NCBI GenBank assembly: GCA_020349905.1
Contig: CP070702.1
Span: 975,516-1,039,515 of the forward strand
DNA length: 64,000 nucleotides
Origin: Candidatus Eiseniibacteriota bacterium
GTDB lineage: Bacteria > Eisenbacteria > RBG-16-71-46 > JAFGJU01
Direction: 5' to 3'
The translations under genes and the position numbers were made by a program. Below, one piece after another: positions 8,390 to 17,722 of the stretch (position 1 is the stretch's first letter; each line of letters opens with the position of its first letter). The notes beneath the pieces were generated by a model that was not told the DNA's origin, did no database searches, and saw nothing but the letters and a program-made list of their open reading frames with translations.

Positions 8390-9097
8390 TCAGGGGCTCT
8401 CTCCCCTTCCCTGCGCGTACCTGAGCACAAAATTGACTCCCAGAGCCAGGGCCATCAGCACGATTCCTAGAGCCATCGCCAGGGAAAACTCTCCCTTCGA
8501 GGTCTCCGTAGCGATGGCGGTCGGGATGTTACGAGTCACTCCGGCGATGTTTCCGCCCAGTATCATGGACACGCCGACTTCGCCGATGAGGCGGCCGAAG
8601 GCGGCCGCCACGGCAGTCGCAAACGCGAGCCTGCCTTCCCACAGTATGGTCGCGAGGACGCGAGACGGACCCGCGCCCAACGTGCGGGCGGTCTCCTTGA
8701 CAGACCTGTCCAGAGAAACGACCGCACTTCCTGCGAGTGCTATCACGATGGGAAGGGCAAGAACGACTTCACCGATTATCATGGCCTTCTTGCTGAAAAG
8801 TAGATCCAGCGGCCCGAGTATGGAGCGTCTGGTAATGAAGGCGTACACGAAAAGCCCCACAACCACTGTTGGAAGGGCCATGAGGGTGTTGAGAAAGGTG
8901 ATGACCAGGTGCCTTCCGCGGAAGCGGTTCCCGTATATGAGAAACGCCAGGGGAATCCCCAGCAGCGTGGTGATGACCGTGGCCGTGCCGGCGACCTGCA
9001 GGGAAACTGAGACGGCGCCGTACACTTCGGGGTCGCCGCTCAATATGAGGCGGAACGCGTCGCCGAAAGCACGTATGAGAAAGTCAAGGCCGGTCAA
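8390..9097 (-). CDS. tupB: Tungstate ABC transporter permease.
   Basis: Polytopic permease. It carries an EAA-like loop (ETARTLGAGPSRVLATILWE) typical of ABC membrane domains. It is probably a TTG start. Confidence 0.8.
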   Translation of the reverse strand: MTGLDFLIRAFGDAFRLILSGDPEVYGAVSVSLQVAGTATVITTLLGIPLAFLIYGNRFRGRHLVITFLNTLMALPTVVVGLFVYAFITRRSILGPLDLLFSKKAMIIGEVVLALPIVIALAGSAVVSLDRSVKETARTLGAGPSRVLATILWEGRLAFATAVAAAFGRLIGEVGVSMILGGNIAGVTRNIPTAIATETSKGEFSLAMALGIVLMALALGVNFVLRYAQGRGESP

Positions 9098-9233
9098 TGT
9101 GTAGCCTCACGTCTGGCTAGATAGGCCGTCCGGCCGGAGGGCCGGCTGGATTCAGCGCAGCCCGGCCGCACGGTTCCGAACCGGGTGCTCTCGAAACCGA
9201 CGGCACACCCGGTAGGTGTTCCGCTATTGTCAG

Positions 9234-10088
9234 CTAGTCACCTGTCCTGCCTGGCGCAATCGCGTCTGGAAAGAACAGCGTCTCGTCGTCTATCTTGAAG
9301 TTCGCTATGAGCTCCTGCCCCTCCCGGGAAGTCAGCCATCCAATCAGGGCCATGACTTCGACATACTTCACGTGAGGATGTAGAGCAGGATTAACCGCAA
9401 TAATACGGTACGGGTTGAAAAGTCTTGCGTCTCCTTCAACAAGAACCGACAAATCCATTTTCTTCTTGAAGGCAAGATATGTTCCCCGGTCCGTCAAGGT
9501 GTAGGCCCGCTTCTCGTCGGCCATCACCAGGACGGCACCCATCCCCTGACCCGCGCTCCAATACCACCCACCCTCCGGCCTCACCCCGGCGCTGTGCCAG
9601 AGTCGTTTCTCCTTCTTGTGCGTTCCCGATTCGTCGCCGCGCGAAACGAAGAGACTTCTGCGCGCGGCAATTTTCCCCAGAGCTGCCGAGGCGTCTCTGA
9701 GTCCCATGATGCCGGCGGGGTCGCTCGAAGGCCCGACGATGACGAAGTCGTTGTGCATGACTTCTCTCGGGTTCACACCGAAGCCCTTCTCGATGAACGC
9801 GTCTTCTGAGACTCTATCGTGAACCAGAATCACGTCCACGTCACCCTTCTCTGCCAGCGCGATGGCGGCGCCTGTACCCACGGCGATGACCTGGACCTCT
9901 ACTCCGTATCTAGCGGTGAACGGAGGCAGGAGCAGTCCCAGAAGCCCGGTGTTGTCCGTGCTTGTCGTGGTCGCGAGCCGGATGGCTGAATCCGGCGATC
10001 CGTGCGCCCCTGGTCCTCCAGGTACATGCGCGAGGAAGAGACTGACGAACAGAGTTGCCACTGCTAAGCACAAACGACGGTTTCTCAT
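9234..10088 (-). CDS. tupA: Tungstate-binding periplasmic protein TupA.
   Basis: The internal ATG of ORF 9234..10343 (MRNRRLCLAVATLFVSLFLA...) gives a signal peptide. The TupA-diagnostic TTTS motif reads LATTTSTDNTGLL. GGAGTGG lies upstream. Confidence 0.85.
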   Translation of the reverse strand: MRNRRLCLAVATLFVSLFLAHVPGGPGAHGSPDSAIRLATTTSTDNTGLLGLLLPPFTARYGVEVQVIAVGTGAAIALAEKGDVDVILVHDRVSEDAFIEKGFGVNPREVMHNDFVIVGPSSDPAGIMGLRDASAALGKIAARRSLFVSRGDESGTHKKEKRLWHSAGVRPEGGWYWSAGQGMGAVLVMADEKRAYTLTDRGTYLAFKKKMDLSVLVEGDARLFNPYRIIAVNPALHPHVKYVEVMALIGWLTSREGQELIANFKIDDETLFFPDAIAPGRTGD

Positions 10089-10430
10089 TTCCACTCCTTT
10101 CGAAGCAACATGATGCCAGAAGAGTATACCGTAGACTGCACCTTCCGCAAAGCGCCGCACGGGCGGTATCAGAATCAGCTGAACTGCGGTTCTGCAGAAG
10201 TCGACCCGTTTCCGCAACAAGCAGGTGCGACGTCGTGCGCAAGTGCTGGCCCGGCCTCGGTAGACCCGTCCAAGGTCTCGTTCCGGAAGCAAGCACCTCC
10301 GGCCCGCCTCATGGTGACATTGACACGCCAGCGAACGTGACATATCGTCAGTAGTCTGTGGGTTGACGTGAGGATTCCGAAGACCGGCGCGCGTGAGTCA
10401 TGCCCCGAATCCCTGGGAGCTTAAGCCAAG

Positions 10431-11759
10431 ATGCAGAAAGGGCGTGCACAGTTAGGAAACATACTCCGGGCGCTTGCCCATCGAAATTTTCGTCTCTTCT
10501 TCGGCGGGCAGAGCATATCGCTCATCGGCACCTGGATGCAGCGCGTGGCCCTCGGATGGCTGGTTTATCGGCTGACAGACTCCGCCTTTCTCTTGGGTGT
10601 CATCGGATTTGCGGGCCAGATTCCCACCTTCATTCTCGCCCCTTTGGCCGGTGTCCTGGCCGACCGCTGGAACCGCCAGCGCATCCTGCTCCTGACCCAG
10701 ACGCTCGCAATGATGCAGGCACTTCTTCTGGCCGTGCTCGTGTTAACGGACTCGGTCGAGGTCTGGCATCTCATAGTGCTGAGCACCTTTCTGGGTGTGA
10801 TAAATGCTTTTGACATGCCCACGCGCCAGTCTTTCATGGTCGAGATGATTGACGGCAAGAAGGACCTGGGAAACGCGATAGCGCTTAACTCCACGATGGT
10901 GAACGGTGCGCGTCTCCTGGGGCCGTCCGCCGCGGGCTTGCTCATCGTCGCAGTGGGCGAGGGAATTTGCTTTCTCATAAACGGGCTCAGCTACCTCGCC
11001 GTCATCTCCTCCTTACTCCTCATGAAAATCGCGCCCAGAGAGGTGAAGCCGGAGAAATCCAGACTCTGGAAGCGGCTGAAAGACGGCTTCGGCTACGCCA
11101 TGGGCTTCGAGCCAATCAGCGCCATCCTGTTGATGCTGGCCCTGGTGAGTGTGATGGGTATGCCGTACACCGTTCTCATGCCCGTTTTCGCCAGGGACTT
11201 CCTGAAGGGCGGGCCGGACGCGCTGGGATTTCTCATGGGAGCGGCCGGTGTAGGGGCCCTTGTGGGAGCCCTGTATCTGGCCTCCAGAAAGAGCGTGCTG
11301 GGGCTCGGAAGGATGATCCCCGTATCCGTGAGCGTCTTCGGTCTCGGACTCATTGCCTTCTCGTTCTCCCGGAGTCTTCTCGTGTCCATAACGCTGATGC
11401 TGGCGACTGGCTTCGGCCAGATGGTTCTTTTGGCCGCCAGCAACACCCTTCTCCAGACCATGGTGGACGACGATAAGCGAGGACGGGTGATGAGTTTCTA
11501 CACTACGTCGTTCATGGGACTCATGCCGTTTGGAAGCCTGCTTGCCGGTTTTATGGCGAGCAGGATAGGCGCCCCGTGGACCGTCTGCGTCGGGGGGATT
11601 GCCAGCATACTTGGCTCCGTGCTCTTTGCAAAGAGACTCCCCGTGCTCAGAAGGAAGGTCCTTCCGGTCTACGTGGACAAGGGGATTATTCCGCAAATTG
11701 CCTCGGGAATTCAGAATGCAACTGAGTTATCATTAGTGAACAGGATTCCGAAGAAGTGA
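10431..11759 (+). CDS. MFS transporter (EntS/enterobactin-exporter-like family).
   Basis: Twelve TM segments. The N-terminus reads NFRLFFGGQSISLIGTWMQRVALGWLVY. Confidence 0.8.
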   Translation: MQKGRAQLGNILRALAHRNFRLFFGGQSISLIGTWMQRVALGWLVYRLTDSAFLLGVIGFAGQIPTFILAPLAGVLADRWNRQRILLLTQTLAMMQALLLAVLVLTDSVEVWHLIVLSTFLGVINAFDMPTRQSFMVEMIDGKKDLGNAIALNSTMVNGARLLGPSAAGLLIVAVGEGICFLINGLSYLAVISSLLLMKIAPREVKPEKSRLWKRLKDGFGYAMGFEPISAILLMLALVSVMGMPYTVLMPVFARDFLKGGPDALGFLMGAAGVGALVGALYLASRKSVLGLGRMIPVSVSVFGLGLIAFSFSRSLLVSITLMLATGFGQMVLLAASNTLLQTMVDDDKRGRVMSFYTTSFMGLMPFGSLLAGFMASRIGAPWTVCVGGIASILGSVLFAKRLPVLRRKVLPVYVDKGIIPQIASGIQNATELSLVNRIPKK

Positions 11760-11779
11760 TTCTTGAGGAGGATGTCCCG

Positions 11780-12226
11780 ATGCAGAACGCTATCTTCACC
11801 GCAGCCGCCTGCATGGTTCTGTTCGTGGGCTGTGCGATATCGTCGCAGCGTCCGAACATGGCGGAGCTGCGGCAGCAGGTGATGAAAACCGAGAAGACCT
11901 TCGCCAAGACCATGGTTGAGCGAGACCATGCAGCATTTTCGTCCTTCGTGTCCGATGAGGCGGTCTTCTTCTCCGGACAGAACGTCTTGCGTGGCAAAGA
12001 GCGGGTTGCAGACTGGTGGAAACGCTACTTCGAGGGGTCGTCGGCTCCGTTCTCCTGGGAGCCGGAGCAGGTCGAGGTGCTCGACTCCGGGACCCTGGCG
12101 CTCAGCTCGGGCCCGGTCTACGATCCGGACGGAAAGCTCATAGCCACTTTCACTTCAATATGGCGGCTTGAAGAACCCGGTGTCTGGCGCATCATCTTCG
12201 ATAAGGGCAACAAGGCCTGCGATTGA
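11780..12226 (+). CDS. NTF2-like/SnoaL-like (DUF4440-type) lipoprotein.
   Basis: Lipoprotein signal MQNAIFTAAACMVLFVGC. GAGGAGG lies 8 nt upstream of ATG 11780. Confidence 0.55.
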   Translation: MQNAIFTAAACMVLFVGCAISSQRPNMAELRQQVMKTEKTFAKTMVERDHAAFSSFVSDEAVFFSGQNVLRGKERVADWWKRYFEGSSAPFSWEPEQVEVLDSGTLALSSGPVYDPDGKLIATFTSIWRLEEPGVWRIIFDKGNKACD

Positions 12227-12369
12227 GGCGGGCCGGTCACACACGTGGGGCAAAGAGACTGAATCGCACGATTGGGGCTTACCTTAAGAGACTCCCTTAA
12301 GAGACTCCAATGCAGCGCCCGCGGATATCGGAACGAGGGGAGTGCCGACTCCGCATCACGGGAGGTCAC

Positions 12370-13476
12370 ATGAAACCCGACCATCGCATTGCGAAGCTGG
12401 CTCGCCTGCTGGTGCACTACTCCATAGGCGTGAAGGAAAGGGAGAAGGTGTACATCTCGGGCTCCACCGCCTCGGAACCCCTGCTTCTGGAGCTGTACCA
12501 AGAGGTCCTTCGGGCAGGCGGGCATCCAAGGATGCGCGTGGAACTCGAAGACGAGAAGTACCACTTCTACTCCACTGCGCAGGATTTTCAGCTGGAATAC
12601 ACCGACCCGTTTCTCCTCTACGAGCTTCAGACCGTGGACGCGGTCATACAGATGGTGCCCGATTTGAATCCGTATCAGCTGAGCTCCATCGATCCCCAGA
12701 AGAAGCAGAAGATTGTTCTGGCACAGAAACCCGTCACGGAGACGTTCCTTAAGCGCTGGGGAGCCGGCGAACTGCGCTGGGTGGGAACCCTGTGCCCGAC
12801 TCCATCCCTCGCACAGGAAGCCCACATGTCGTTTGATGAGTATTCAGAATTCGTCTTTGCCTGCATGAACCTGAACGCGGACGACCCCATAGGGTTCTGG
12901 AAGGGCATCTCCTCGAAGCAGCAGAAGATCTGTAGCTACCTGGACAAGGCGAAAGAGATGCGCTACATCGGTCAAGACACGGACCTGCGATTTCGGTGCG
13001 AGGGCCGCAAGTGGATAAACTGCGACGGGAAAGTGAACTTTCCGGACGGCGAGGTCTACACAGGGCCCGTGGAGGACTCCGTCGAAGGTACGATTCGTTT
13101 CACCTTCCCGGGGGTGTTTCAGGCAGAGGAAATCGAGGACATATTCTTACGCTTCGAGAAGGGCAAGGTCGTCGAGGCCCGGGCAGCCAAGGGCGAGGAA
13201 CTGTTGCTCACACTGCTCGATACTGACGAGCGCTCGAGGTACGTCGGGGAGGTGGCAATCGGCACGAACGACAGCATCGACCGCTTCACCAAGAACATGC
13301 TCTTCGACGAGAAGATGGGGGGAACCGTGCATCTAGCCATCGGTGCAGGGATGCCCCAGACCGGCAGCAAAAACGTGTCGGCCATACACTGGGACATGCT
13401 TAAGGACATGCGTGACGGCGGGGAGATATACGCCGACGGAAAGCTGATCTACCGAAGCGGAGAGTTCTTGATATGA
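12370..13476 (+). CDS. Aminopeptidase, M29 family (AmpS/aminopeptidase T-like).
   Basis: The internal ATG (MKPDHRIAKLARLLVHYSIGVKE...) follows GGGAGG. The M29 family motif GEVAIGTN is present. Confidence 0.8.
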   Translation: MKPDHRIAKLARLLVHYSIGVKEREKVYISGSTASEPLLLELYQEVLRAGGHPRMRVELEDEKYHFYSTAQDFQLEYTDPFLLYELQTVDAVIQMVPDLNPYQLSSIDPQKKQKIVLAQKPVTETFLKRWGAGELRWVGTLCPTPSLAQEAHMSFDEYSEFVFACMNLNADDPIGFWKGISSKQQKICSYLDKAKEMRYIGQDTDLRFRCEGRKWINCDGKVNFPDGEVYTGPVEDSVEGTIRFTFPGVFQAEEIEDIFLRFEKGKVVEARAAKGEELLLTLLDTDERSRYVGEVAIGTNDSIDRFTKNMLFDEKMGGTVHLAIGAGMPQTGSKNVSAIHWDMLKDMRDGGEIYADGKLIYRSGEFLI

Positions 13477-14243
13477 CAAAGGATGCAGAGACCAAGATAG
13501 CGTTGCACGAGATGACGTCGCGCGAGATTTCGTCTGCTCTCGAGCATAACTTTGACACCGTTATCGTCATGGTCGGCTCGATTGAGCAGCACGGACCTCA
13601 CCTTCCTATAGGCACCGACACCTTCGCCGCTGACGAACTGGCTCTGCGCATGGCGCACAAGCTGGGGAACGCTCTCGTTGCGCCCACGATTCGTCCGGGC
13701 TGCTCTGACCATCACATGTGCTTCGCCGGAACCATCTCGCTCCGCCCCCAGGTATTACTGGAGATACTGCGCGACTACTGCCGCTCCCTCGCAGCGCACG
13801 GCTTCAAGAAGGTCGTGCTGGCCTCGAGCCACGGAGGGAACTTCGCTCCCCTGGAGACGTTCGCACCTGTCCTGGTGCGGGAGTTTCCTCAACTACGAAT
13901 AGTGCACTACGGTGACATGAGGGGCTTCATGGACGTCTGGAGGAAGGCGGTCAGTGATCTGGGGCTTGAGACCGAGAAGGCAGGTGGCCACGCTTGCCTT
14001 GGAGAGACGAGCGAGATGCTTCGGCTCAAACCCGAGCTGGTCCGCAAGGACCTCTTCGAGCCGGGGTTCATCGGTTCCACGAAGGGTCTCACCTCCAAGA
14101 TACTCAGGGACGGAATCGAGGTGGTCACGAAAAACGGAGTGCTCGGCGATCCCCGTGAGGCCACTTCGGAAATCGGGGAGGCACTTCTAGAGGCCATGGC
14201 GACTCATCTCTCCGATTGGGCAAAGAAGGAGCTGCAGGCCTGA
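13473..14243 (+). CDS. Creatininase-family amidohydrolase.
   Basis: Creatininase family signatures IEQHGPHLPIGTD and SHGGN. The start overlaps the upstream stop (ATGA). Confidence 0.8.
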   Translation: MTKDAETKIALHEMTSREISSALEHNFDTVIVMVGSIEQHGPHLPIGTDTFAADELALRMAHKLGNALVAPTIRPGCSDHHMCFAGTISLRPQVLLEILRDYCRSLAAHGFKKVVLASSHGGNFAPLETFAPVLVREFPQLRIVHYGDMRGFMDVWRKAVSDLGLETEKAGGHACLGETSEMLRLKPELVRKDLFEPGFIGSTKGLTSKILRDGIEVVTKNGVLGDPREATSEIGEALLEAMATHLSDWAKKELQA

Positions 14244-14328
14244 CGTCAACAACGACGTGATGAACACGGGGCTGGACAGTTTTGAGGCATTGACAGCTCC
14301 GCTTCTGGTGGACTAGGGAGTTTCGGCA

Positions 14329-15897
14329 GTGAGTCTTCCGTCGAACGCGGCTCCAACCGGCGGCGACGTACGCAGAGCCAATTTCCTGCTGCTGGCACTG
14401 GCCCTCGCCTACTTCTTCCTCGAATGGCTGCCCGGCTCCACAGGTGAATACGGCTATTTCATCGACGAATTCTACTACGTGGCGTGCTCGAACCACCTGG
14501 CGTTTGGCTATGTTGACCATCCTCCACTGTCAATTTTCCTGCTGTGGGTGGTGCGCGCCGCCGTCGGCGACTCCCTGCTGACACTGAGAATGATCCCTTC
14601 TCTTGCCGGGGCAGCCACCGTCTTGCTAACTGGGCTTGTAGCGAGACGCCTGGGTGCCGGAACGTTCGGTCAGGCCATCGCAGCCGGTGCCGTCATGCTG
14701 AGCTCCATTTACCACGTCATGTTCAGCTTTTACTCGATGAACGCTCTCGCCATTCTCATGTGGACAGCGTGCTTCTGGATCCTGGTGGAGATCGAACGTC
14801 TCGACCGACCTCGGCTGTGGCTTCTCTTTGGAGTGGTGGCAGGTCTGGCTCTGCAAAACAAGCACACTTTCGTCCTGCTCCTGTTGGGTCTTCTGGTGGG
14901 ACTCGTGGTGACCAGGGCGCGCAGGCATCTGGCAGACCGCTGGCTCTGGTTAGGTTTCGGGGTTTGCGTGCTTCTTGTCCTTCCCAATGTTCTGTGGCAG
15001 GCCACGAACAGCTGGCCGTCCATCGAGTTTTACCGCAACGCAGACATTTACAAAAACGTCCCGACTCCACCCCTTGAGGTTCTGAAACAACAGTTCCTGT
15101 TCATGAACCCCGCGGCCGCGCCAGTCTGGCTGGCGGGTCTGGTGTTCTTTCTCGCAATCAAACGGGGCAGCTCATACCGCCATCTTGGTGTCCTCTACGC
15201 TGTCCTGCTGCTTTCCATGCTGATGGCTCAGAAGAGCCGCCCGGACCGCATCGCGGAGGCCTACACGATTCTCATGGCAGGTGGGGGCGTGGTCCTCGAA
15301 ATCGTCTCCCAGCGCAAATGGTTGGGATGGGTGCGCTGGGGTCTACCTGCAGCCATGCTCCTTTTCGGAGCGGCGCTTGCACCGGTGGGATTGCCTTTGC
15401 TTCCTCCGCCGATCGCAGCGAGGTACGCCACCGGCCTGGGCGTGGTTCCCCAAATCGAGAGGGGAGAGGGCAAGCGCTCTCAGCTGCCGCAGTGGCTGGC
15501 AGACAGGCTCGGCTGGGAGGAGTTCGTTGACGACGTGGAGGCTGCGGTCAGGCAGATGGAGCCGGACGAACGTGAGCGCGCGATTCTTCTTCTCCCCAGC
15601 TACGGACAGGCCGGAGCCGTGGAGCTCCTGGGCCGAGGAAGAAACCTTCCCCCGGTCTACGCCACACAGAACAACTACGCTCACTGGGGACCGCCCCAGG
15701 ACCCGGTTGAGGCGGCCATCGTCACCGGCCCCTTCAGCGAGGAGGTGGTGAGATGGTTCTTCAGTGAGACCGAGCTCGTGCGCATTCACGACTGCGACTG
15801 GTGCATGCCGTGGCGCGATGAGATTCCTATCTGGTTGGGGCGCGGGCAGAAGGAGCTCTTCCGGGATGCCTGGCCCCAGATGAGGCACTACGAATAG
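14329..15897 (+). CDS. Glycosyltransferase family 39/83 (ArnT/PMT-like, undecaprenyl- or dolichyl-phosphate-sugar dependent).
   Basis: Polytopic N-terminal domain. The first periplasmic loop, YFIDEFYYVACSNHLAFGYVDHPPL, is typical of ArnT/PMT_2. Confidence 0.75.
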   Translation: MSLPSNAAPTGGDVRRANFLLLALALAYFFLEWLPGSTGEYGYFIDEFYYVACSNHLAFGYVDHPPLSIFLLWVVRAAVGDSLLTLRMIPSLAGAATVLLTGLVARRLGAGTFGQAIAAGAVMLSSIYHVMFSFYSMNALAILMWTACFWILVEIERLDRPRLWLLFGVVAGLALQNKHTFVLLLLGLLVGLVVTRARRHLADRWLWLGFGVCVLLVLPNVLWQATNSWPSIEFYRNADIYKNVPTPPLEVLKQQFLFMNPAAAPVWLAGLVFFLAIKRGSSYRHLGVLYAVLLLSMLMAQKSRPDRIAEAYTILMAGGGVVLEIVSQRKWLGWVRWGLPAAMLLFGAALAPVGLPLLPPPIAARYATGLGVVPQIERGEGKRSQLPQWLADRLGWEEFVDDVEAAVRQMEPDERERAILLLPSYGQAGAVELLGRGRNLPPVYATQNNYAHWGPPQDPVEAAIVTGPFSEEVVRWFFSETELVRIHDCDWCMPWRDEIPIWLGRGQKELFRDAWPQMRHYE

Positions 15898-16101
15898 GGA
15901 TAGTTCGACGGCCTCTTCGCGCTCCAGCGGTGACACCATCCGTTGGCACGGCCGCCGAAACGTCTAGGACGTAGCTGTCGCGCCGGTTACGACGATTTCT
16001 TGGCTCATCCTCGTGGTTGTGGTAATGTTGTATGCACGATCCCCCACCAATTCTGAGTCACCGCAACGCAATCCGACACTTCAACAGAATGAGAGGAAAG
16101 T

Positions 16102-16953
16102 ATGAAGACCAGAAGCACAGTCGTCCTTCTGATTCTCTGGAGCGTCTGCCTGCTCTGTCACGGCCACGCAACCGGGTGTGAGCTCATGGGCTTTTCGTTT
16201 AGCGAAGATGTACCGGCCGGGCAACTCCTCTCCGCCTTCAGCTGCCGTGGCGAGAAAAACCCTGACGGCTGGGGTGTGGCCTTTTACTCGGACAACTCCG
16301 TGACGCTCTTTAAGGAGGCGGCCGATGCTTCAAAGAGCGCCCTTGCGGAGTTCTTGAGAAGCTATGACGCCCTAGATGGAAGACTGCTCGTGGCACACGT
16401 GCGCGACGCCACGGTCGGCGGCCAGAGCCATCAGAATACCCATCCCTTTGCCCGGGAGCTGGGGGGGAAGGAATACACGCTGGCTCACAACGGCACCCTT
16501 GAGGATTTCAAGGATAAACTGCCGCTCTCTGGAATCAAGCCTCTCGGCACAACCGACAGCGAACATATTCTTTGCTACCTCCTTGGTCGAATCCAGAAGA
16601 AAGGGGTTGGGGACTGGAACACAGAATCCTTCGAGTGGCTCAAGGGAGAGTTGGACTCAATAAACCAGACCGGCACACTCAACTGCCTTTTCTCTGACGG
16701 AACGTATCTGTTCAGCTATCACGACAAAGAGGGCTACAACGAGCTCCACCATTTGAAGCGCGTGCCTCCCCACGGCAAGGTGTTCTTCAAGGACCTGTCC
16801 AGGGAGGTGGAGCTTTCCGGAATGTACCCCGAGTCTGCGGTCGGCGTTATCGTAGCCACGAGACCTTTGACCGACGAACAGTGGGTCGAGTTCCTGCCGG
16901 GTCAGCTCCTGGTGTTTAAGGACGGCACGCAGGTCTTTCCGACAGAGAAGTAG
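16102..16953 (+). CDS. Secreted class-II glutamine amidotransferase-like Ntn hydrolase.
   Basis: Signal peptide, then GCELMGFSF with the Cys nucleophile of GATase class II. The region VAHVRDATVGGQSHQNTHPF is also present. Confidence 0.7.
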   Translation: MKTRSTVVLLILWSVCLLCHGHATGCELMGFSFSEDVPAGQLLSAFSCRGEKNPDGWGVAFYSDNSVTLFKEAADASKSALAEFLRSYDALDGRLLVAHVRDATVGGQSHQNTHPFARELGGKEYTLAHNGTLEDFKDKLPLSGIKPLGTTDSEHILCYLLGRIQKKGVGDWNTESFEWLKGELDSINQTGTLNCLFSDGTYLFSYHDKEGYNELHHLKRVPPHGKVFFKDLSREVELSGMYPESAVGVIVATRPLTDEQWVEFLPGQLLVFKDGTQVFPTEK

Positions 16954-17052
16954 CGCGCGAGCGTCGCCTGACATGTTCCGCGACCCGGAAGTCGCTCCCG
17001 GTTCACACATTCTCAAAGGCTTTCGCACGGGTTCGGAACGAAGGAGGGGGTC

Positions 17053-17463
17053 ATGCCTATCACCTACAACGTCTACAGGGATGGCCGTTTCATTCATGCC
17101 GTGGCCAAAGGTCCGCTGACCAGCGATGAGTTTGTCCAGTATGAGCTCGACCACGCAACTGACAAGCGAATCAAGTCCCCGCTCGCCGAGCTCCTGGAGA
17201 TTGAGCCGGGTGCCTGCAAAGACATCACGATGGAGGACATGAATCGCGTGCTGGAGCAGCGGTCCAGGATCAAGAGATCGCCCGCTCGACACCGTTGCGC
17301 CATCGTCGTATCACCCACCGACACACGCTGCTGGGATTTGGCGAAGTTCTACGAGGCCATGGTGCCGTTGCACAATCCGGAAACAACGATCGTATTTGGA
17401 GACGCAGAGGTAGCGAGGGTCTGGCTCGGAGTGGATGAGGAATCCTACCACCACACCGAATAG
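17053..17463 (+). CDS. Hypothetical protein.
   Basis: A 136-aa ORF with a GGAGGGGG RBS-like sequence upstream. No recognisable family. Confidence 0.45.
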   Translation: MPITYNVYRDGRFIHAVAKGPLTSDEFVQYELDHATDKRIKSPLAELLEIEPGACKDITMEDMNRVLEQRSRIKRSPARHRCAIVVSPTDTRCWDLAKFYEAMVPLHNPETTIVFGDAEVARVWLGVDEESYHHTE

Positions 17464-17722
17464 GGCGGCCGTAGTTAGTGCCCTCCACATTCAGGATGGA
17501 CCCGTAACAGTGGGCCGCCCATATCAGGGGTTCCTTGCCAGTGCCCCCACGGCACAGCGGACCACTGGAGGACCTGTCCCGCTCTAACTTAAAGCCACTC
17601 TTTCTTTTGATGTGTGCTATAATGGTTGCCCGGCGTTTCGTGTCGTGCGCCTGGTGTCAGGCGCACGGGTGCGTGCCCTCAACGAACCGCGGAAGCATGG
17701 CCTTTACTCTGCGAGGTCTTCC

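Noticed and set aside
17612-17722. ATG 17612 as the MoeA start (the ORF-track start).
   Set aside because: The ATG is embedded in the TGcTATAAT extended -10 element. The N-terminal 37 residues (MCYNGCPAFRVV...) are non-conserved and Cys/Arg-rich. The conserved MoeA N-terminus begins at TTG 17723.
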